Shown here piece by piece: positions 55,491 to 64,000 of a stretch of 64,000 bases of DNA. Position numbers and translations under genes: made by a program. Origin of the DNA: Eledone cirrhosa. Its lineage: Eukaryota. The stretch lies in NCBI GenBank assembly GCA_964016885.1, contig OZ024747.1, positions 62,000,001-62,064,000 of the forward strand. The letters are read 5' to 3'. The notes below the pieces were generated by a model. That model did not search any database, was not told the origin of the DNA, and saw nothing but the letters and a program-made list of their open reading frames with translations. Within the stretch, counting starts at the first letter, position 1. Every line of letters starts with the position of its first letter.

Positions 55491-56707
55491 CCTGCCGAGG
55501 TTAACTTTGTCTTTCATCCTTACAGGGTCGATAAAATAAAGTACCAGTAATGTACTGGTTAACTGCTGGCCTTGTGCCAAAAGTAGAAACAATTATTATC
55601 ATCATCATTTTCGTTGCCTAACTGGAATATCTGATACAATAAAGTTAGTAAAGGGAAAATATAGAATGCGAAGGTCAATATGATTATCTCCAGTTTAAAA
55701 TGGAGAATGTGAAATATTTCCATTATTCATTAAAAAAAAACAGAAATATGAGGAGGAGAATGAGGTATTTGTTATCTAAATATAAGACATTGTTTATCAC
55801 AGACATATGTACCCATACTTTATATATAGGAATAATAAATACAAAGACCAAAATCCAAAGCAGGCTCGATAAGGAATGTGTGTGTGTGTGTATGCATATA
55901 TATATATATATATATAAACCCATAGAGAAAATATTTATTAGTAGTACAGATTTATGTTTCAATAAAGAATTTCTGCTTTCACTCTGTTGCTGGATCTTCT
56001 GAAACTGAGGAAACTCAATCTGTAGACACAGAAGTAAATATTTAAAAAAACGTTACAACCAAATATTGCCTTTAGAAAACAGGAAGACATAATGGTGGTA
56101 TGTGAAGACATTCTCTTGAGGTGGGCGAAATATATGCAAGGATAATTAGGTCATTATATGGAGCGAGAAGAACAATTTCTTGCTATGAAAAAATCAGGAG
56201 ATTAATATTCTTTTTAGAATAACTGAATGCATCCTTGGAAATTTAACATGTTTAACACTTTTTATAATAACTTTGCCAAAGCTGGTAACTTCAAGAAATA
56301 TAATTTAAATTATAATCTTCCAACATAGTAACTTAAGTTTCTTATGTAAAACTATCATAGTAATGAAATAATAATTTTAGTGAATCCTTCAAAATTAATT
56401 AAAATTCAGTTGAATTCCATTAAAAATACAGTCAGGATTAAAGTGTGTCACCAACCAAGAATCCCCTCAGGAAAGAGCTTATCCTGGTTTCAGCAGTGTT
56501 ATGCAACACAGAATACAACCCACTGGATAAGACACCAGTCCATTGTAGGGTTAACTCCCTGCTGCCATTGCTGGTACTCATTTTCAGCTGAGTAAACTAG
56601 AGCAATGTGAAATGAATTGTTTTACTCAAGAACACAATGCACCAACCTCACCCAAGAATTGAACCTATGACATGGGTATTACATATATACCACTGCATCA
56701 TAGCACA

Positions 56708-57375
56708 TACCATATATACTCGAATATAAGCCAATGCCGCTGTTTTTATGTCTGAGAAATGGACAAAAATCTAAACCCCATTTATAAGTTGAGATATCTA
56801 ATCAATACATTATTTAGACAATGTCACTGGACCGAGATCTTTGGCGCTACGCAGTAATACAGAAGACCCGCTTTGCCTATGTACAAAGTGAAACCTACAG
56901 TCAGTAGGCACCTCTTAACCAAATATACACCCCAATCCACTACCCCTACCCTATCCTCCCACTCCTACCAACACCACCCTTTCTCTGTAACGTTGGTACT
57001 ACAACATCCAGTCCAGTAAATGAGATAAGGAGATCAAGATCGTGTAGGTGTCACGACAAAAAAACACACAGTCCACGCTGTAATGTGGCCGTGTAGGAAA
57101 CACGGTAAAAAGTTCCCAGTTCCACACTGTAAATGTGGTTGGTGTTAGGAAGGGCATCAGGCCGTAGAAAACCTGCCAGATAGTCCTATATGAGCGAGAC
57201 ATGGTCATCCGACCAACCTTGCCTCAAGTGGGACAACTCCCGTCTAACCCGTGGTAGCGTGGAAAATGGACGTTAAACGAAGATGATGAGATGATGATGA
57301 TATAAGCTGCCTGGCCATTTTACTATCCATTTTTTGGTCACATATTCCTCGGCTTATATTCAAGTTTATACAGTA
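56708..57375. mobile_element. Non-autonomous Tc1/pogo-like element with a nested RTE 3' end
   Basis: Termini taccatatatactcgaatataagcc / ggcttatattcaagtttatacagta. Confidence 0.55.
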
Positions 57376-58109
57376 AATACATTACGTAAATATATCGATA
57401 GAGTATTTAGCTCAGAGACCAAAGAGTCACTCCATGTAGAGCCGCTACTTCTCTGAATTGAGAGATCACAGCCCCGATACTATGGGTATGTGGTTAGAAT
57501 GTCTCAGGAAAGAATCGCAACAGGCAGGAGACCCAGGGGGAGATCCCGAGCAAGATGGTTGGATAACATCCATGAGCTCAGCTGGTCTTGCTTGAGGATC
57601 CAGTCGGATCAGTTGGAGATGGTTGCTTCTGACAGGAGCCGCTGGAAGGAGTGTTTGAGGACTCTGTCCCCATGACCCGCTCAGGAATAAGGAGCCGAAG
57701 AAGTAGTAGTTGTAGTAATGAAGTTATTATATGAAGTAAATATATGAAACAACATTTAATTTAAATTTCATTGATGCCGTTACAAACATCACCATCTCTA
57801 TCATGTATGTAAAAACCACAACTATTTCTGCCGAGATAAACTTTATTCCTCTATGTTATATTTTAGCTATTTGTTGGGTTTTTTAAAATCCTATTTCTTT
57901 TTTGTTGTTTTCTCAACTGAAAGCTGAGAACATATTTTTACTCCCGGGAGTAAAGCAACATCAACCAATCTTGGCACATTTTATTGGAAATTTTCAAAAT
58001 TATATAAAATGAATTCATCTGATGTCAGTGGAAAAGCTATTCAAGAATTAAGAAAAAATAAAAATGAAATGATAGAGAAATATGTACGTGTGTTTGTATA
58101 TGAATGTGT

Positions 58110-58151
<42 letters not shown>

Positions 58152-58242
58152 TTGTATGTGCATGTATGCTTATGTGTGGATGGTTGTGTATATGTTTGAA
58201 TATGTATGTGTTTGTGTTCATTTTTGTGCACACATGTGTGCA

Positions 58243-58278
<36 letters not shown>

Positions 58279-58453
58279 TGCATGCAATAGACACTAATGA
58301 ATGAGCTTAATTAAACAGTTTGCACTGAGAGACAAAAAGAAAAGATGTATGTTGACACGAAATACACAAAACTTGAAATAAAACTAGCATGGAAAAGATT
58401 AACCTCATAATATTACACTGGGGATCAGAGACAAGGGAACGCTACATTTTATT

Positions 58454-58549
<96 letters not shown>

Positions 58550-58684
58550 TTATATATATATATATTTATTTTTATATATATATATTTATTTATATATATA
58601 TATATATTTATTTATATATATATATATTTATTTTTATATATATATATTTATTTATATATATATATATATATAAATATATATATA

Positions 58685-59045
58685 TGGAGGCACATGGCTT
58701 AGTGGTTAGAGCATTGGCCTTGCAATCAAAAGGTTGTGAGTTCAATTCTCAGACCGGGTGATGTGTTGTTTCCTTTATTTCACATTGCTCCAGTTTACTC
58801 AGCTGAAGAAATGAGATGATAGGGACTGGGGTCCATATCATTCCACTGCAAAGTGGTTGTGGAGGTGCCACAGCCAAAAAAAAGCACCCAGCCCACACTG
58901 TAAGGTGGACGTGTAGGCACCACGGCAAAAAAGCACCCAGCACTCACTGTAAATGAGGTTGGTGTAGAAATCAAGCCAGAATGAGTTCCCGTCCCACCCT
59001 TGCAAGCAGGGAAAAGCGGACGTAAAATGATGATGATGATGATGA
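58685..59045 (+). mobile_element. tRNA-derived SINE (OR-like head) with an RTE-derived 3' tail; inverted copy at 24885-25269
   Basis: tggcttagtggttagagc (A box), gagttcaattctc (B box), and a 3' part shared with the RTE UTR at 9265-9540. Confidence 0.85.
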
Positions 59046-59528
59046 CACACATAAAATGAAATGATGAATGATATATAAATATATATATATATATACACAC
59101 ACACAAGTACCTCATAACAAATATCACAGAAGAGGGGGGGGGGGGACAAAGATGAAGGTGAGGGCTACATATGTGTGTGTGTGTGTATATATGTTAATTA
59201 TTTCCCTGGAAAAAGGAAAGAAGAGTGCTCTATGTATAGTACAGAGCTATTTAATTATGTAATAAACAACACAATCTATATGTATATGTATATATGTGTA
59301 TAAATCATCATCATCGTTTAACGTCTATCTTCCACACTAACATGGGTTAGACGGTTTTGTTCCATTTGGCGCGGGAAGTGTGTCTCTCTCTCTCTCATAT
59401 ATATATCATAAAGGACCATAACGCACCAGAGTACTCAATACTTACAGTAGTAGAGTGGGTAATAGCCGTCGAAACAGCTTGAGCTCTGCCGTCGGGGTTA
59501 AACATTTTCCTATATATATATATACACA

Positions 59529-59594
<66 letters not shown>

Positions 59595-59666
59595 CACTCT
59601 CTCACATATCTCACAAATATCTCACAATTAACATCACAGTGGTGAACAGAGACGGTGGAGGGCTAC

Positions 59667-59728
<62 letters not shown>

Positions 59729-60165
59729 TCTCTCTCTCTCTCTCTCACAAATATCTCATAACATCAGTTCACGCTGTAAAGTGGTCATCTAGGTGTCATG
59801 ACAAAAAGCATGCAGCCGACGCTGTAAAGTGACTGTGTGGGTGTCATGACAAAAAGCACCCAGCACATACTGTAAAGGCATTAAAAAAGCATCCACCTGT
59901 GAAAATCAAGCCCAAATCAGTTTTTTTAATGATGAGCAGGACATGATCATCGGATTTGGTTTGTCTTAAAACAGAACAACTCTAATCCATGGTGGTGATG
60001 ATGAAGACATATGATATATATATAATAATGGATATAAATCAAAGTTGCAGCCGCAGTATAGCAGATACTAATAACATTTGAGGTAGTCATATATATGTAT
60101 ATACATACACATATATACAGAGAGAGAGAGATTTACAAAATTATTATTTAAATAATCACAATCCA

Positions 60166-60288
60166 GAAGAGTGGGAATAACATTTATTGTATAACGCTGA
60201 CATGTGTATTAGCGATCCTAGATTGATATGTAACACATACAATGAAACACGTGTCAGTGTTATACAATAAATGTTATTCTCACTCTTC
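60166..60288. mobile_element. Short fold-back element with the 3' half of a hammerhead
   Basis: Arms 60166-60207 and 60247-60288. GAAAC-ACGT-GTC sits at the start of the right arm, and (TA)n follows. Confidence 0.7.
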
Positions 60289-61379
60289 GCTATATATATA
60301 TATATATATATCATCGGTTTTACGTTGACTACTGCATGCTGACATGGGTTTGATGAGTCTTTTTGAGGCGATGTTTAACAACTGGAAGCCCTTCTAGCCA
60401 CTAGCCATTTTAATTGCTTCTTATGCTTCACTGCAGCAATAGTGTACCTATTCTAAACCAGGTACACACACAATGTCTATATTCCAATGACAGGGCCTCC
60501 TATTTGGGTTAGACACCAGCCATTTCTCTCTTGGTCACTGAACTTATACAGGACAAACAAGAAGAACATATGAACCTAATCATTAATTAAAACTTCTAGG
60601 GACATTTTTTATACTGTAAGTAGTTTATACATCTCTTCACTATACAAACACACATGCACACACATACAGACATACACAAGTATTAGAGCACACAGGCAAA
60701 TATTTCATAGACACACATACATATATACATACATACATACACACACAGAAACATACATATACAAGAGTATTACAGCACACACAGACAAAATATTACATAG
60801 ACACACACACAGATTACACACACACACACACACACACACAGGTGCTACATTAACACACACGGACACATACTACACAAATACTACATAAACACACATGAAT
60901 GCTAGATAAACACACACACATACTACATAAACACACATACACATACTTCACAGAGACAACAGACAATGGATACAATCAATTGATTTTTTTTTCTTTTTAT
61001 TTTACATCTAAATTTCAAACAATGAAAGGCAAGATTATGAAACATCAACAACACTAACAACAACACCATCACCACTAACAACACAAAACCACCACCACAG
61101 CCAACAACAACGCCACCAACATCACCACAACAAAACACCCCGATCCACACTGACAACATCAACAACACTACAACCACCACCAACAACCAACACCAACCCC
61201 CAACAACAACACAACCAACGATAACAACAACACCGACACCAACAGAACCTTCCACCACCAATACAATCACCAAGAAATATTTAATACTTTAGAGATAAGA
61301 AGCTGTATGACAAAGAATGCCTCCATTTCTTAGTAAATATAAAAATCTATGAAACTAAAACAAAACTAATCAGAGAAAG

Positions 61380-61410
<31 letters not shown>

Positions 61411-61769
61411 GCAAGAAAGAGAGAGAGAGCAAGAAAGGGAGAGAGAGAACACTTGAGAGTTAAAATAATTTTAGAATATCAGAGGAAAAAGAATTTGCCA
61501 GAAAGAATGGGTGTTGGTACAGTGAAGGGAAGAGGGGGGGGGGTATGTGATGGGTGTTGGGAAAGCAAAGAGCAGGGGGTGGGAATATGAAAGTTTTGGG
61601 AGTAGTGGAGAGCAGAGAGAGGTGGAATATGAAGGTGGGGGGATGAAGAGTAGGGGGGGGGGGGGGGCATATGAAGAATAAATGATAAACTCAGAAACAA
61701 AACTATAAGCAATTAATAAAGACAGAAAAACAAACAGGAACTAAAAACACAAAAATAACTTTAACATGC

Positions 61770-62545
61770 CTATATTTCTTATATTCATGCTGAGCCAGTC
61801 ATGAGACAATATTACTAATTGTCTCATTCACCATTCCATACATTCTACGTAGTGGTGATATAACCACCTTATCCATACTGACTTTCATCCAATTTGTCCT
61901 TATCGACTGGTCTTGGGCTGCCATAATCAAACCTTCTCTTTCCTTCTTTTCAAATATCTTCTTTGTAACCATGTCCACATGTCTTTATCATTTCTGACAT
62001 GTTTTTTTCAGAAGCTGAATGTAATGATTTTGATTCAAACCCGACCTTCTGTTCTGTAGTTATTTTGGCATTCTTATTCTTTGAATCAACCTTTCCATCG
62101 TTGATCCCTTCTTTTAAATTTTAACAACTTCTCTTGATTTTTTCTTTCTAAATTACTTACTCAAGTTTTCTTTCTCAACTGAAACTATCTCCTCACTACT
62201 GATCAGTCTTTTCTTACCTTCTGCTCTTCTCAGAGTCAATCAAGATCAGCCTGGGGGTGCAAGCTTTGATATATATTCAATATCTTGTTTTCCTATCTAT
62301 GTTCTTCAGTTTATCAACATTCCAATCAATGATTCCAGCACCATATCTTATAAACTCAGCTCTACAGTTCATTGCTATTATCATGTTTCCACCATCAAGC
62401 TGTGATCCTATGATGACCTTGAGTCTTTTGAAATATTCTTGTGACTTTTCCTTTCATTTCCTTGCTAAATACCTTGTAACTCTGAAGTATTCCAAGGTAC
62501 TTGTATTCCTCTCTGTCTTTCAAAGATCAAATTATAATCCTTTCT
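61770..62545 (-). mobile_element. R4/Dong-like LINE RT-thumb fragment
   Basis: Minus strand gives EYKYLGILQ and EREGLIMAAQDQSIRTNW. Confidence 0.75.
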
Positions 62546-62564
62546 AAGTTTAAATACACCTAAT

Positions 62565-63446
62565 ATTAGCTTTGCCTTTCATCCTTACGCAGCCGATAAA
62601 ATAAAGTACCAGTAATGCACTGGAGTCGGTTTAATCGACTTTGCCCTCCCCAAAAATTGTTGGCCTTGTGTCTAAATCAGAAACCATTATAAATAATAAA
62701 GAAATAATAAAGAAACCATTATTATTATATTAGAATATATTAGATTTTCTTCTTATGAAGCACACAAAAAATAAACAGTCATTAAAGTGAAGCAGTAAAA
62801 GAATCATATAACAATAATAATAATAATGTTAATAATGATAATAGTATAATAACTGTTTCTACTTTTGGCACAAGGCCAGCAATTACCCAGTGCATTACTG
62901 GTACTTTATTTTATCGACCTCGTAAGGATGAAAGGTAAAGTTAACCTCGGCGGGATTTGAACTCAGACTGTAAAGGGACGTAACTATGCTACAAAGCATG
63001 GCGTCCAACCCTCTACCGATACTGACAATTCACCGCCCTTTATGTATGATAATAGTATAACAATATATAATAACAATGGTTGCTGATTTAGGCACAAGGC
63101 CAGCGATTTTGGGGGAGAGGGAAGTTGTTTAAATTGACCCCAGTGCATTACTGGTACTTTATTTTATTGGCCTCATAAGGAAGAATGTATATAACAATAA
63201 TAATGACCATACTAAAAATGGTTTCTATATTTGGCACAAGGCCAGCAATTGCTCCCAGTGCATTACTGCTACTTTATTTTATCGACCCCGTAAGAATGAA
63301 AGGCAAAGCTAACCTCGGCGGGATTTGAACTCAGTCCGTAAAGGGCCGTAACTTTATGCTACAAAGCATGGCGTCTAACCCTCTACCGATAATGATAGAA
63401 ATAATAATAATGATGATGATGATGATAGTAATATCGGTAATAATAG

Positions 63447-63484
<38 letters not shown>

Positions 63485-63750
63485 GCAGTGGGGGCAACAA
63501 TGACAACGATGATGATGATGTCTATGACAATAATGGTTTCTGATTTAGGCACTAGGCCAATAATTTGGGGGAAGGGGAAAATCGATTAAATCTACCCCAG
63601 TGCATTACTGGTATTTTATTTTATCGAGCCTGTAAGGATGATAGGCAAAGCTAACCTTGGCGGGATTTGAACTCAGATTGTAAAGGGACGTAACTATGCC
63701 ATAAAGCATGTTGACCGACGCTCTACCGATTCTGTCAATCCACTGCCTTG
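62565..63750. mobile_element. OK-like SINE cluster (one plus-strand and four minus-strand copies); further copies near 5430, 8215, 32330, 42360, 49945, 50190, 50825, 55490
   Basis: Same consensus. Confidence 0.85.
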
Positions 63751-63845
63751 ATGGCTATGATAATATTAACAACAATAACAATATTTTCACCATGGCAAGC
63801 AAATACATATACATCATTGTTTAATGTCTATTTTCCATACTAGCA

Positions 63846-63931
<86 letters not shown>

Positions 63932-64000
63932 TATATACATATACATATATATATATATATACACATATATATATACATATACATATATATATATATATAT

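Noticed and set aside
54357-55592. 411-aa AVIM-repeat ORF
   Set aside because: Stop-free 12-bp minisatellite that begins inside a SINE.
58685-58760. tRNA gene
   Set aside because: A and B boxes run straight into a SINE body, and I could not draw a complete cloverleaf.

Overview
AT-rich, microsatellite- and transposon-dominated animal DNA. The SINE families resemble octopus OK/OR types, so a coleoid cephalopod (octopod) origin is inferred, not proven. The only host coding sequence I can support is two consecutive, phase-compatible minus-strand exons of RIC1 (51067-51191 and 32693-32835), separated by an 18.2 kb intron. The rest of the window is probably RIC1 intron. It is filled with tRNA-derived SINEs, RTE, R4/Dong-like and Tx1/L1-like LINE fragments, a Penelope-like (PLE) RT fragment, TTAA-targeting and Tc1-like MITEs, and minisatellites. 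Nearly all long ORFs in the track are microsatellite artefacts. The main hidden structure is a set of small non-coding elements, mostly beside (TA)n tracts and often fold-back palindromes, that carry type I hammerhead ribozyme motifs. I folded these by eye: one is fully canonical (48033-48115), about five more are near-complete, and several are decayed. Most lie on the RIC1 pre-mRNA strand. All alignments and folds are manual, and boundaries of old repeats are approximate.
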